From a virus: a DNA stretch of 64,000 nucleotides. The stretch lies in the IMG/VR virus record IMGVR_UViG_3300030497_000008, positions 32,001-96,000 of that record. One strand, written 5' to 3'. Made by a program: the position numbers and the translations under genes. Positions 1 to 9,213 of the stretch are shown piece after piece. Position 1 is the first letter of the stretch; the number at the start of each line of letters is the position of its first letter. Under the pieces are notes generated by a model. The model was not told the origin of the DNA. It made no database searches and saw only the letters and a list, made by a program, of their open reading frames with translations.

Positions 1-4
1 TTCC

Positions 5-622
5 TCATTGTGCCACCTCCTCTTTATGTACAACTTGTCCATTCTCTTTCACTGGAGCAGCTTTATGGAACGCAGATTCTAATTCTGTTAATCGTTTCGG
101 AGTGTAGCAGCGACTTTCTTGTAAGTTCTCAATCTGTCTAATTTGCTGCATGCAATTTTTTAAGTCTTTCTCAATACCATTATGTTTAGCTAACAACATT
201 TTAATAGGCTTTGTCGCTTCCGCTAATTCCTTAGCTCGTCTACGTTTTTTAGCAGACTCTTCTAAAATGTTCCACTTTTCAATCTTTTCTTCGTCTGAGA
301 ATTCTAGGAACTCTGCGCTATGCCAAATATCTTGTCGAACCTCATCTAAGTATTTCACATCTTCTAAAGCCGCATTATGTGCTTTTGGATATTTAGAGAA
401 TACATTTACCGCTGATTGCATATCCTTTAGCAAAGTCGTTACACCGTACTCTGCAATTTCTAAACCTTCACCACGAAACACGTCTCTAGCTTCGTTGTCG
501 CGTACTTTGTTGTCCAATAGAGTAAATGCCTTATGTAAGTTTTCTTTTGCGTCCTTAGTCATTCTACCTGCATCTACAACGTCTTTTAATAAATCTCTAA
601 CCTCTACGATATTTAATGTCAT
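5..622 (-). CDS. hypothetical coiled-coil protein
   Basis: 205 aa ORF with SD (GGGAGAG) upstream; helical, charged composition. Confidence 0.75.
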   Translation of the reverse strand: MTLNIVEVRDLLKDVVDAGRMTKDAKENLHKAFTLLDNKVRDNEARDVFRGEGLEIAEYGVTTLLKDMQSAVNVFSKYPKAHNAALEDVKYLDEVRQDIWHSAEFLEFSDEEKIEKWNILEESAKKRRRAKELAEATKPIKMLLAKHNGIEKDLKNCMQQIRQIENLQESRCYTPKRLTELESAFHKAAPVKENGQVVHKEEVAQ

Positions 623-645
623 TTTAATTCTCTCCCTTTTATGTA

Positions 646-819
646 TTAGTCATTTAATTTTTTACCGCATTCTGGGCAATAATTAACTTCTATGTATTCC
701 CTTGCAAAACCATCGTTATAATAATCCCACGTAGTTGTCATTACAACCAATACCCATCTATCTCCATCTAACTGTAGGTCTTCGATACAGGTTGTACATT
801 CTTTTGGTTCACTCACCAT
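646..819 (-). CDS. small zinc-ribbon protein (57 aa, not in ORF track)
   Basis: Read manually: MVSEPKECTTC...VNYCPECGKKLND*; SD GGAGGTG; sigma-A-type promoter directly upstream. Confidence 0.75.
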   Translation of the reverse strand: MVSEPKECTTCIEDLQLDGDRWVLVVMTTTWDYYNDGFAREYIEVNYCPECGKKLND

Positions 820-842
820 TTATCACCTCCCTTACATCTATT

Positions 843-871
843 ATTCTATCATTTATTTTACTAAAAGTAAA
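843..871 (-). promoter_or_regulatory. sigma-A-type early promoter with overlapping palindromic box
   Basis: TTTACT-17 nt-TAGAAT; box TTTACT-AAA-AGTAAA at 857-871. Confidence 0.65.
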
Positions 872-883
872 GTACTTTTTATA

Positions 884-1084
884 TTATTCTGTATACCATC
901 CCATATCTGTATAATTCGCTAACCATTCATCATGAGCCTCATTTAGAAAAACACGAGTTTCTTCATCCGTCATGCTGCTGTCCCAACCTAGTTCGTGTAG
1001 GGTGAATTTCTCTTCGCGTTTCGAACCTACATAACCTGTCGATGCATAAAAAGTTACTAGTGTTGCATATTTATAATCAGTCAT
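884..1084 (-). CDS. hypothetical protein
   Basis: ORF 884-1141; start moved to ATG 1084 (MTDYKY) after GGAGG SD, which removes the long overlap. Confidence 0.7.
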   Translation of the reverse strand: MTDYKYATLVTFYASTGYVGSKREEKFTLHELGWDSSMTDEETRVFLNEAHDEWLANYTDMGWYTE

Positions 1085-1739
1085 TGAAACACATGCCTCC
1101 TGTAAACTCATTGTAAACCCCTGTTGCGATAGCAAACTCAACTTCTATCACTTCTTTCTTAGCGTAATACTCTTTCATGAAGTCCTCAGTGTATACAAAG
1201 TCCCATTCATCAGGATACATCATGTCTTCTCGCTCATCCTCCGAAATCTCTCGTGTCGTACCGTTCTGCTCCACCCACGATGAGAAAGAATCTTCGATAG
1301 AATCGATAACTTCAAATAGTTCCCACTCTCGTCGGAAAGAGCCGCTTATCATCCACTGACTCTGATGAGGGGTTAACCCTTTACCATCAAATAGAGGTAT
1401 ATTACCGAATCTACCAGCGTCCACTTTTAGATTAATAAGTTTATCCTTATTAGGGTAGTGTATGTTTACCGCTAGATTTTTCGTCTGCACTACTACAGAT
1501 ACCCCATGCAAGCTGCCTTCACCACTACGGAAACTTGTTTCGCAACCTAACTTTTTGTTCAGTTTATCTTCCAGCCTCCATTCACTGGTAAACCAAACAA
1601 CTACGCGATTTTGATTATGTACACAAATCACCGTACCACTTGATAGCGCTGGTATATGTATATCTCCATTGACAATATCCTTTGTATTCCGTACTCGCAT
1701 AAGTTCTCTGTATTCGATATAAGGTCTAGATGGTAACAT
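1077..1739 (-). CDS. hypothetical protein
   Basis: 220 aa ORF, SD GGGAGG, abuts upstream gene. Confidence 0.75.
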   Translation of the reverse strand: MLPSRPYIEYRELMRVRNTKDIVNGDIHIPALSSGTVICVHNQNRVVVWFTSEWRLEDKLNKKLGCETSFRSGEGSLHGVSVVVQTKNLAVNIHYPNKDKLINLKVDAGRFGNIPLFDGKGLTPHQSQWMISGSFRREWELFEVIDSIEDSFSSWVEQNGTTREISEDEREDMMYPDEWDFVYTEDFMKEYYAKKEVIEVEFAIATGVYNEFTGGMCFND

Positions 1740-2060
1740 TTACTTTTCCTCCCTTGTTAGCGAAATAATATTCATATTAAGAATCTCATGTTTTGTTCTC
1801 TCGATGCTCTCAAGTAAGTCCATAAGGCTTAAAATTACACCTGTACCTTCACTTTCTTTGTATACTTTGTTAATGATTCCTACGCATGCTTTCTCAATAG
1901 TAGAGTAATATCCGATAGCTACGTATTTAGGTTCTTTGGTACGTCCCTTAAACGCTTCATCCGTTTCGTCCTTCTTTTGTTTCGGTACAACAATCTCATT
2001 TAAAATTACATTGTACGCATCTGATGTAAGCTTGTACTTCTCTCCAATATATATCTCCAT
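1740..2060 (-). CDS. hypothetical protein (DUF5405-like)
   Basis: YKLTSDAYNVILNE and IGYYSTIEKA motifs resemble this phage family; SD AGGAG. Confidence 0.7.
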   Translation of the reverse strand: MEIYIGEKYKLTSDAYNVILNEIVVPKQKKDETDEAFKGRTKEPKYVAIGYYSTIEKACVGIINKVYKESEGTGVILSLMDLLESIERTKHEILNMNIISLTREEK

Positions 2061-2082
2061 TGGTTATCTCCTCCTTGATTCT

Positions 2083-2111
2083 ATAATACTACCAATTTTA
2101 CTAAAAGTAAA
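2083..2111 (-). promoter_or_regulatory. sigma-A-type early promoter with overlapping palindromic box
   Basis: TTTACT-17-TATTAT; box TTTACT-AAA-AGTAAA at 2097-2111, identical to 857-871. Confidence 0.65.
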
Positions 2112-2125
2112 GTTAATTTTAAAAA

Positions 2126-2626
2126 TTAATCTACTTTTTTATAAACTCTAAAGTAGTATTCGAATCCTAGCGCTGCTATTGATTTTTTATCACCTTTTCG
2201 CTTATAAAAACACTTATAAATCTCTCTATCAAACTCAGGAAAATAAGAGTCCGCTTCAAACGATTTTCCTAACTCAGTTATGTAAAATCTATTAGCCATC
2301 GGTGCGAACTGCTCATATATGCTAGAGCCTCCGATTACCATTAGTTCTTTTTCATCTTTAAAGTCATTAAGTATGCTATGTATGTCGTGGTATACCTTTA
2401 CATCATCGTCTAGTGGTTTGAAATCTTTGTTTCTAGTAAGTACAATATTAACTCTATTTTTTAGAAACTTACCGATAGACAGATGCGTTTTACTCCCCAT
2501 AATAACAGGCTTATGTATCGTCTTTTCTACGAACCAATCGAAATCTTCTTTTATCTTTACTAGTAGCTCGTTGTCTTTTCCGATACCCCCTTTCTCATCA
2601 ACTGCCGCAATCAAACTAATTATCAT
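2126..2626 (-). CDS. folA: dihydrofolate reductase
   Basis: IAAVD..GGIGKDNEL, VIMGSKT, LKNRVNIVLTR, VIGGSSIY, EADSYFP motifs. Confidence 0.96.
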   Translation of the reverse strand: MIISLIAAVDEKGGIGKDNELLVKIKEDFDWFVEKTIHKPVIMGSKTHLSIGKFLKNRVNIVLTRNKDFKPLDDDVKVYHDIHSILNDFKDEKELMVIGGSSIYEQFAPMANRFYITELGKSFEADSYFPEFDREIYKCFYKRKGDKKSIAALGFEYYFRVYKKVD

Positions 2627-2648
2627 CTACATTTCTCCTTTCTTCGAA

Positions 2649-2677
2649 AGTATACCACAAAATACTTGATAAATCAA
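2649..2677 (-). promoter_or_regulatory. sigma-A-type promoter of DHFR
   Basis: TTGATT-17-TATACT with TG at -15/-14. Confidence 0.6.
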
Positions 2678-2678
2678 C

Positions 2679-2707
2679 AAAAAAAGAGGCTATTAATTTA
2701 GCCTCTT
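2679..2707 (-). terminator. intrinsic terminator
   Basis: AAGAGGCTA/TAGCCTCTT hairpin followed by a T-run on the minus strand. Confidence 0.75.
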
Positions 2708-3068
2708 ACTCATCTTCTCCTCGAAGAAATTTCTCGAATCGTTCTGTATAAATTTTACTTTCCGAGATGAACTCCGCCAACATTTTCATAGCACGGTGGT
2801 ACTCCTCTTCTGTTCTATCCTCATCCACAACTAAGGCGAATTCTATATCGATATCATCTGTATAAATATAGTAGTTAGGGTCATCCGCTTCTAAAGCAGG
2901 ATACATATCCTCCCACTCGTTGAATTGATACTGGTCAATGTAACCTTTCGCATGCGCCCAGAACATGAAATTAGGTGCATTAATAAGGTAACCAAATCGG
3001 TCTACAAATGACTCCCCATGTTCACGTTCCCACTCAATAATTGCGTAAAACACTTTATTCTTATCCAT
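2706..3068 (-). CDS. hypothetical protein
   Basis: ORF 2706-3119; likely start MDKNKV at 3068 after GGGGAGG. Confidence 0.7.
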   Translation of the reverse strand: MDKNKVFYAIIEWEREHGESFVDRFGYLINAPNFMFWAHAKGYIDQYQFNEWEDMYPALEADDPNYYIYTDDIDIEFALVVDEDRTEEEYHRAMKMLAEFISESKIYTERFEKFLRGEDE

Positions 3069-3340
3069 TATTTTTCCTCCCCTACGATTACAAAGTCTAA
3101 ACTCTCCGCTAAATCGCAATCGATTAAACCTACGTCATACAGGAAATTAACGAATTCTTTATCAACTTTTCCAAACTCGTGAAGTTTAACTTTAATTCCG
3201 TCATCGTCGTAGTCATCCGCGAGAACCATTTTAGTTAAACCTTTCTCTAGCATTTCCTGATATATAGCTTCCGATTCGTAATTGTCTAAGAAATATCGAG
3301 CTGCTCCATCACCGTCACCAGAAATTAATAATACTTTCAT
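3068..3340 (-). CDS. hypothetical protein
   Basis: 90 aa ORF, SD AGGAGG. Confidence 0.75.
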   Translation of the reverse strand: MKVLLISGDGDGAARYFLDNYESEAIYQEMLEKGLTKMVLADDYDDDGIKVKLHEFGKVDKEFVNFLYDVGLIDCDLAESLDFVIVGEEK

Positions 3341-3559
3341 TTATTTATCCTCCTTGTGTGCTCTAAAGTGTACGATTTCATCATAACGTATATACTCATC
3401 GTCGATTACTACATAGTCTCCGATTGGCTCAATATCCTTGTAATTTGTAAATCCTTTGATTTGAGAACATGCCAAGTGCTCTGCAAATGAATCCATTGAC
3501 GCGTGACGAGTATTAACTACCACACAAGAATTATTCTTTAAGTATAAATCAATCTTCAT
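3341..3559 (-). CDS. hypothetical protein
   Basis: 72 aa ORF in operon packing. Confidence 0.65.
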   Translation of the reverse strand: MKIDLYLKNNSCVVVNTRHASMDSFAEHLACSQIKGFTNYKDIEPIGDYVVIDDEYIRYDEIVHFRAHKEDK

Positions 3560-4151
3560 TACTTTTCAACTCTCTTTCGATAATTTCTAAAACAATATTA
3601 TCGATTTGTCGGTATAAAGTCGGAAGTGCTCCGTTATTGTATACATCGAAATCTACCTCAGCTTTATCCACGCACTGCTCTGTCTCATCTGTGAAATCAT
3701 CCATGTCGCAGATATCACCAGCATCTTTAATTCGTTGTAATCGTACCTTGTCATCAGCATTTATACGAATAATAGTATATCCTTCTTCACGAAGCTTACG
3801 GAATTCATTTTCCTGACGAACACCTGTAACTACGACTTTGAAGTGAGGTAAATTACGGAAGAACTCACGAGACGTAAAAGGCGTGCTTTCGTATTTCTCT
3901 ACATCATCTTCGATTCTATTGAGTGTTCGTCTAACCCAATAATCTTCACCGAACGCGAATTTCTGTAATTCCGCATACAACTTGTACCCTTTTCGTGGCT
4001 TCTCACCTCTATTATAGGGGTACTTTTTAGCGAAGTCATCTTTTACACCGTCAGACAAGTCATAAATATAGAATCCGTATTTAATAGACAGATACCTTTC
4101 AACAATAGACTTACCAGCTCGCATCTTCCCTGCAATTGCAATTTTAATCAT
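3549..4151 (-). CDS. deoxynucleoside monophosphate kinase (P-loop)
   Basis: N-terminal Walker A GKMRAGKS; VVVTGVRQENE motif; sits between DHFR and ThyA. Confidence 0.85.
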   Translation of the reverse strand: MIKIAIAGKMRAGKSIVERYLSIKYGFYIYDLSDGVKDDFAKKYPYNRGEKPRKGYKLYAELQKFAFGEDYWVRRTLNRIEDDVEKYESTPFTSREFFRNLPHFKVVVTGVRQENEFRKLREEGYTIIRINADDKVRLQRIKDAGDICDMDDFTDETEQCVDKAEVDFDVYNNGALPTLYRQIDNIVLEIIERELKSNED

Positions 4152-4312
4152 TTCACTAACTCCTTTTCATATTTTTCTACTGTTTTATGGAAGTCTCTTA
4201 AAAACTCTTTCACATGAGTAGGGTTTGTTCGTTTCGTCCCATCTTCACGAATTTCCGTTCTACGCATCAACCATGCATGCATACTTAGAATCTCTCTTTC
4301 GAAATCCGTCAC
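4148..4312 (-). CDS. hypothetical 54 aa protein (not in ORF track)
   Basis: GTG start overlaps the thyA stop (GTGA); stop overlaps the kinase ATG; SD GGAGG. Confidence 0.65.
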   Translation of the reverse strand: MTDFEREILSMHAWLMRRTEIREDGTKRTNPTHVKEFLRDFHKTVEKYEKELVK

Positions 4313-5976
4313 TTAGCTTCCTCCTTTAAACCAACTGACACAGGCGCTTTAATAGCTTTGTGCGGGTTATAATCTACAATCTCAAAGTCTTCAATCTCAT
4401 AATCTTCTAAATTGTCTTTCTTGTTCTTAATGACTAGTTTAGGCAGCTTTCGTGGTTCGTTTAATAACTGCTCTTTAGCTTGCTCGATGTGGTTAAGATA
4501 TAGATGTATATCCCCACCATTGTAAATGAGAGAACCTACTTCTAATCCGCACTCTAGTGCGATTAAATGCAGCAACAACCCGTAACTAGCAATATTGAAC
4601 GGAAGACCAAGGAATGAATCATTCGAACGCATGAAGAATTTTAAATCTAACTTACCGTTATTATGAACGTATAACTGAAATGCATTGTGACAACAAGGCA
4701 ATGACGCATCGTACTGTTCTGTAGGACTCCAAGCATCTACATACAACCTTCTCGATGTAGGGTTACTTTTTATATCCTCTATAACCTTATGTATCTGATT
4801 TAATGGTAATTTATATCTGTATAACTCACCATCTGGTAAATATTCAAAAGTAAAACCTTTGTGATGCTTCCTCTTTCCAGATAGCACCATGCTTATTTTC
4901 GAATCTAATAATCCTAAATCATTAGCGCACTTAGTTATAGATATATACTTATACTCACATCCTTCTGGTGTCGTTACTTTAAATAACCTACTATTCCTAT
5001 ACAACATGTTGTCCGATTTACTAATCCATACGCATGTATCTGGTGAATAACAATTGGACGAGTAATAATCTTTATCTAACTGGTACTTATTGGGTTCTCT
5101 TTCTTTTCTTTTCCAGTTAACAAGCCTCTTAACATCTTTTACAAAATTTGAAAAGTTATGCCAAGAATCTTCCACAAATACTCCCTTACCACCGTAGTAT
5201 TTGTACTCTTTACACTTTTGGTTATAACATCTATCTATCATGTGATTCCATACTTTTTTAAGATGCTTGTCCATTTTCGTCTTAACTTCATACTCACCGC
5301 TGTAACCGATACCTGCCACAGTTTTTTTGTATACATCTCTAACTCTACCTTCTTTAGCAGCGTCGATTCTAACGTTCTTTTGAATGAATCCTGTATCTAA
5401 AAACTGAATATTAACTGTTTTTCTTTCTCTACCTTTGTATTTATAACTTTCCCCATCTCCTATAATTATGTAATCACCAAATTTTTCACTGGTGTATATG
5501 GTCTTTCCTGTTATGTTTACTTTTACATTATTTTCACGATTAAGGGTTTGTTCTTTTATTATCGGATTTACTTTTTCTATAACTCTATCTGGGTAGGGTA
5601 AGTCCGTCCAGATTCCTCCATAAATTCTACCTAAATCGAATCCATTCTCTTTCACAAACTCAATAAATTCTTCCTTAGACAACGTACCGCCTAGTTCCTT
5701 ATACCAACGATATCCATCTGGAGTCCAGATATTTACATTCTTGTCTATAAGTGTTTTAAGGTTCGTATCTCCTTTTAAGAACCACAGCAGCTCTTCTGCT
5801 ACAAGTCTAAAGGCTACGTGCTTCGTTGTAAGTAATGGGAATCCTTCTGACATATCGAATCGCATGGTATAATCGAAGATACTCAATGTACCTGTACCCG
5901 TTCTATCACTTCTAACTTCCCCGTGTTTAAGTATGTAATCATATAAATCTAAAACTTGTTTATCTACGTTATTCAT
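4309..5976 (-). CDS. thyA: thymidylate synthase with in-frame homing-endonuclease insertion
   Basis: DRTGTGT, FPLLTTK, ELLWFLKG, DLGRIYG, NPTSRR, LPCCH, MRSNDSFLGLPFNIASY, GDIHLYLNH motifs; start at ATG 5976 (SD AAGGAG). Confidence 0.95.
   Translation of the reverse strand: MNNVDKQVLDLYDYILKHGEVRSDRTGTGTLSIFDYTMRFDMSEGFPLLTTKHVAFRLVAEELLWFLKGDTNLKTLIDKNVNIWTPDGYRWYKELGGTLSKEEFIEFVKENGFDLGRIYGGIWTDLPYPDRVIEKVNPIIKEQTLNRENNVKVNITGKTIYTSEKFGDYIIIGDGESYKYKGRERKTVNIQFLDTGFIQKNVRIDAAKEGRVRDVYKKTVAGIGYSGEYEVKTKMDKHLKKVWNHMIDRCYNQKCKEYKYYGGKGVFVEDSWHNFSNFVKDVKRLVNWKRKEREPNKYQLDKDYYSSNCYSPDTCVWISKSDNMLYRNSRLFKVTTPEGCEYKYISITKCANDLGLLDSKISMVLSGKRKHHKGFTFEYLPDGELYRYKLPLNQIHKVIEDIKSNPTSRRLYVDAWSPTEQYDASLPCCHNAFQLYVHNNGKLDLKFFMRSNDSFLGLPFNIASYGLLLHLIALECGLEVGSLIYNGGDIHLYLNHIEQAKEQLLNEPRKLPKLVIKNKKDNLEDYEIEDFEIVDYNPHKAIKAPVSVGLKEEAK
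4804..5595 (-). mobile_element. homing endonuclease (HNH-type nuclease plus NUMOD1/IENR1-like DNA-binding domain) inserted in frame in thyA
   Basis: WNHMIDRCYN..YKYYGGKGVFV..WHNFSNF..LDKD..YSPDTCVWI..N, then YISITKCANDLGL..ISMVLSGKRKHHKGFTFEY; boundaries approximate. Confidence 0.85.
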
Positions 5977-5987
5977 TATGTAACTCC

Positions 5988-6116
5988 TTATTTGTCGTAT
6001 TTCACGCATTTACACGTTCTGCATATGTATCTATCTTTTCTTCCTAGTATGTTTACCTCATACCCATCGTATTCCCATATATGACCTCTTAACATGCATT
6101 TAAATTTAGGTGTCAT
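5988..6116 (-). CDS. small zinc-binding protein (42 aa, DUF1660-like; not in ORF track)
   Basis: MTPKFKCMLRGHIW...ICRTCKCVK: C-x3-GH-x-W...CxxC pattern; SD GGGAG. Confidence 0.65.
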   Translation of the reverse strand: MTPKFKCMLRGHIWEYDGYEVNILGRKDRYICRTCKCVKYDK

Positions 6117-6118
6117 AT

Positions 6119-6310
6119 TTACTTCTCCCACAAGTAATCAATGAACTCGAAGTAGTCTGTTAGCGCGTCTACAGTCATATCTTCTAAAGGAGCACTAGCC
6201 ATACAAAACTCTTCTTCTGATTCACGAATGAACTCTCTGTATGTTTGTGGGTTATCTGCCACTTCTTCTACATCACAAATTCGTTTATCTAACATTTCAT
6301 GTGTAATCAT
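6119..6310 (-). CDS. hypothetical acidic protein
   Basis: 63 aa ORF with ATGA overlap. Confidence 0.7.
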   Translation of the reverse strand: MITHEMLDKRICDVEEVADNPQTYREFIRESEEEFCMASAPLEDMTVDALTDYFEFIDYLWEK

Positions 6311-6546
6311 TGATATCCCCTCTTCTCATATTGTTCGTTTTGCCATTGTTCAATCCAAGATGGTATCTCATCAACACCTTTCAACTCCAAATGTCCTGTC
6401 GTCTCTTTACATTGATGGCAGTACATATGTTTTAAATGCTGCGGCTTCTTTAGGCGACTGCGTTTTCTCCATATTTTCACAACATTTTTACAGACCTCGC
6501 ATTCTAGGCTTGTCTGTTCGTTAATAACTTTTGACTCTGTAGCCAC
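6307..6546 (-). CDS. ribosomal protein L33-like zinc-ribbon protein
   Basis: LECEVC-x21-YCHQCKETTGHLE resembles the L33 pattern CxxC...YCPxCxxHTxHxE; SD GGAGGTG. Confidence 0.7.
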   Translation of the reverse strand: MATESKVINEQTSLECEVCKNVVKIWRKRSRLKKPQHLKHMYCHQCKETTGHLELKGVDEIPSWIEQWQNEQYEKRGYQ

Positions 6547-6569
6547 TGTTACACCTCCCTTCTAGATAC

Positions 6570-6598
6570 ATCTTATACTACTTTTAGTAAAATGTCAA
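6570..6598 (-). promoter_or_regulatory. sigma-A-type promoter with palindromic box in the spacer
   Basis: TTGACA-17-TAAGAT; box at 6577-6591. Confidence 0.75.
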
Positions 6599-6602
6599 TC
6601 TA

Positions 6603-8000
6603 TTATCGGAGTTTTTTAATATTTTTGAACTTTTCGATTGCAGCCATTTCCTCTTCATCTGGGTTTCTATTAGCGAATCCACGAGCTTGTACAACTCTTC
6701 CGTTTTGAATCTCCATTGTAATGAGAGACTTTTCGGGCTTCTTCTTGAGACGCATGAAGATGATATCCGTTGTACCTTCTGCGACTTGGCTTGCATATGA
6801 GGCAACACAATGAGATTGCTCACTACCCTCTGTTGCGATATCTCGCATTGTTTTAGGGGCGATAAAAGAAAAAGCACCAACCTTGCACTCATAGTTCTGC
6901 AACTCAATACGTCGCGCTTCAAACTTCTCAACAAGAACCGTGTCTTCTACTAATTTATAATTTCGAGAAACGATGTCATGATATGTTTTTAAGTATTTCG
7001 GGTATTTATTATATGTATGATTTCCTAACGAGCGATTCATATTAACGTAATCGCGATATGTAGTGATGGCATCTCCAAGCTCCATCCCTTGACTCAATAG
7101 ACATTCGAAAGCCAAGTATTCAATTAAACGTGCTTCATTCGTTATGTAAGGCTTGTCCAATAAAGACCAACCGCTCCAACTCATATAGTGAGCGTACCCG
7201 TTCTTTGTATATTCTCTTAGCTCCGCAAAATCCTTCAAACTCATGTTGTTATCGAACACTTCTAACCTATCGTATACTTGGTACTTATCTTGAAGTTTTT
7301 CTACTAACCCTCTAATATGTCGATAAAAACTAACATCTTTTACTTCTAAGTTTCTTATGTGCGAAATCGCATTTAATGGGAATTTCTCATTGTTAGAAAA
7401 GTCTTTAAATGCTTTGAATTGATTCTTGGTCATTTTCAGTATCTCATGTGCCTTTGTTACATTCTTTTGACCTGCTACAAGAACCCAATGCAGTAAAGCC
7501 TTATCACTATCAAAGCGTTCTAGGTTTACACCAGCTTTGTATAACAGCTCCAACTTATTATAATCATTCATCAACCGTATCAAGGCTCGCGATGTCATGT
7601 CTCGCTTCTCGTTACCGATAGAACCAATTAAGTATAACATCTGATTATACATCCCTTTATTCTCATCTGTCTCCACAAAGTCAACAAACTTATCTATACT
7701 GTCCCTTGTATTGAAGTCCCGCCGTGCTCCCATGATACGTCTAGGAACTATTTCATCTAAATTGTTAACCGTAAACTTAACTTCTTTACCATTTCTTTTT
7801 ATGTAATGTTCTTTGTTCCGTAAGTCGTAGTACATTTCTGCGACAACAACTCTACCAGTCTCAGTTGTGTACTTCGCATAGAAATGGAACATGCTGCTAG
7901 TTTTGTCAATTAAAAAATACTCAACATGCCCAATTGTAGTAGTCTGTTTGAATTCTGTAGATGTCAGTTCGTCTATTAATCTATTTTTATCGTTACTCAT
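6603..8000 (-). CDS. PcfJ-like domain protein
   Basis: C-terminal EGSEQSHCVASY..IIFMR..LITMEI..VVQARGFANR signature. Confidence 0.8.
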   Translation of the reverse strand: MSNDKNRLIDELTSTEFKQTTTIGHVEYFLIDKTSSMFHFYAKYTTETGRVVVAEMYYDLRNKEHYIKRNGKEVKFTVNNLDEIVPRRIMGARRDFNTRDSIDKFVDFVETDENKGMYNQMLYLIGSIGNEKRDMTSRALIRLMNDYNKLELLYKAGVNLERFDSDKALLHWVLVAGQKNVTKAHEILKMTKNQFKAFKDFSNNEKFPLNAISHIRNLEVKDVSFYRHIRGLVEKLQDKYQVYDRLEVFDNNMSLKDFAELREYTKNGYAHYMSWSGWSLLDKPYITNEARLIEYLAFECLLSQGMELGDAITTYRDYVNMNRSLGNHTYNKYPKYLKTYHDIVSRNYKLVEDTVLVEKFEARRIELQNYECKVGAFSFIAPKTMRDIATEGSEQSHCVASYASQVAEGTTDIIFMRLKKKPEKSLITMEIQNGRVVQARGFANRNPDEEEMAAIEKFKNIKKLR

Positions 8001-8028
8001 GATTCTCCTCCTCGTTTATTATACTAAA

Positions 8029-8057
8029 AGTATAACACAAAAACAAAAGACAGTCAA
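8029..8057 (-). promoter_or_regulatory. sigma-A-type promoter with palindromic box over -10/+1
   Basis: TTGACT-17-TATACT; TATACT-AAA-AGTATA at 8020-8034. Confidence 0.75.
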
Positions 8058-8073
8058 TGACTGTCTCTAAAAT

Positions 8074-8859
8074 TTACAATATATTTTTTCGATACATTAG
8101 TAGATTCCAAGCTCGAACTAAATCACGATTCGTCGCTTGATTCACCTCATGTGCATCCTCTTCTGTTACGTGCGTTAAGTATGTACGGAGTAAATCGAAC
8201 TCATCCTCTTCAAGGTCGTCCACTTTTAATTTTTGAAGACCGAAGTAATCTTCAATCTCTTCCTTGATGATGTCGATAGAGTCTTTAATAGAATCTAACT
8301 GCGAATTTACAATAGATACTACGAATTCTAGAGCCTCTTCTTCCGTTTCCTCTTCGCACGGCTCTTCATCGCAGCAATATGCACCATACTCTTCGTAGCA
8401 AGCATCCTTCTCTTCCTCCTCTTCGGAAGGTACGATTCCCAATTCCACTTTATCCTCATACGAGAATTCATATGAGAAAGTCTTAGGCTCAGGAATTCCG
8501 TAACCTTGTACTTGCTCTTCTAAAGAGATGCCTGAGTTATTCATAATAACTTTATATGTATGTAGTTTATCATCTAATTGGAATGTAGTTAAGAAATACC
8601 CATGCTGCTTAATAATAATTTTAATAGCTTCTTTCATTTTATCAAAGTACGATTCGCGGTCGTCTTTATGGTAGTTAACCTCGTCCAAAAAGTGGTCGAT
8701 GAACTGTGTTAACGATTCTGGGGCAGCTTCTACTTTAATTTCTAATTGCGCTTCTGCCTCTCTATTAATTTCATCTAATAGTGCCATCACAGTCTCTAAA
8801 CCTTTATGTAGTTCCTTAACACTCTCTAAAACATTATCTTTCGTAATCATCTTTTCCAT
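8074..8859 (-). CDS. hypothetical acidic protein
   Basis: 261 aa ORF, Glu-rich, SD GGAGGAG. Confidence 0.8.
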   Translation of the reverse strand: MEKMITKDNVLESVKELHKGLETVMALLDEINREAEAQLEIKVEAAPESLTQFIDHFLDEVNYHKDDRESYFDKMKEAIKIIIKQHGYFLTTFQLDDKLHTYKVIMNNSGISLEEQVQGYGIPEPKTFSYEFSYEDKVELGIVPSEEEEEKDACYEEYGAYCCDEEPCEEETEEEALEFVVSIVNSQLDSIKDSIDIIKEEIEDYFGLQKLKVDDLEEDEFDLLRTYLTHVTEEDAHEVNQATNRDLVRAWNLLMYRKNIL

Positions 8860-8877
8860 TGTTTCTCCTCCAATTAA

Positions 8878-9213
8878 TTAAAATTTATCCGCTAGTTCTA
8901 GAAGTCTATCAAAATCCGTAAACTGATTAAAAGTAAATACAAATGCGATACCTTGTACAGATTCACTAGCAGATAATCTTACAACTTTATCTTTTTCTAG
9001 TGCGACGAGACAACCTAATTCTTTATCGTTCTTTATGTATTTTGCCATCTTAATAAAGTTGTCCGTATCTTGCGCTTGATTCACCATCAGTTCTACAGGT
9101 ATAAACACTTCATACTCTAGAACAGATGAACCTTTTATTTCTCTACCTTTGTATTTTATCACATTAATCTTGAACAAGTCAATTAAATTTTTGGGTTTTT
9201 GTTGTGTTGTCAT
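8878..9213 (-). CDS. hypothetical protein
   Basis: 111 aa ORF with ATGA overlap. Confidence 0.7.
   Translation of the reverse strand: MTTQQKPKNLIDLFKINVIKYKGREIKGSSVLEYEVFIPVELMVNQAQDTDNFIKMAKYIKNDKELGCLVALEKDKVVRLSASESVQGIAFVFTFNQFTDFDRLLELADKF

Noticed and set aside
4804-5595. Intein or group I intron in thyA
   Set aside because: No Hint terminal motifs; the insert is fully protein-coding with no recognisable P/Q/R/S core (by eye; an Infernal scan is still advisable)
5977-6009. Longer thyA start at 6009
   Set aside because: Overlaps the upstream 42 aa ORF; the SD supports ATG 5976
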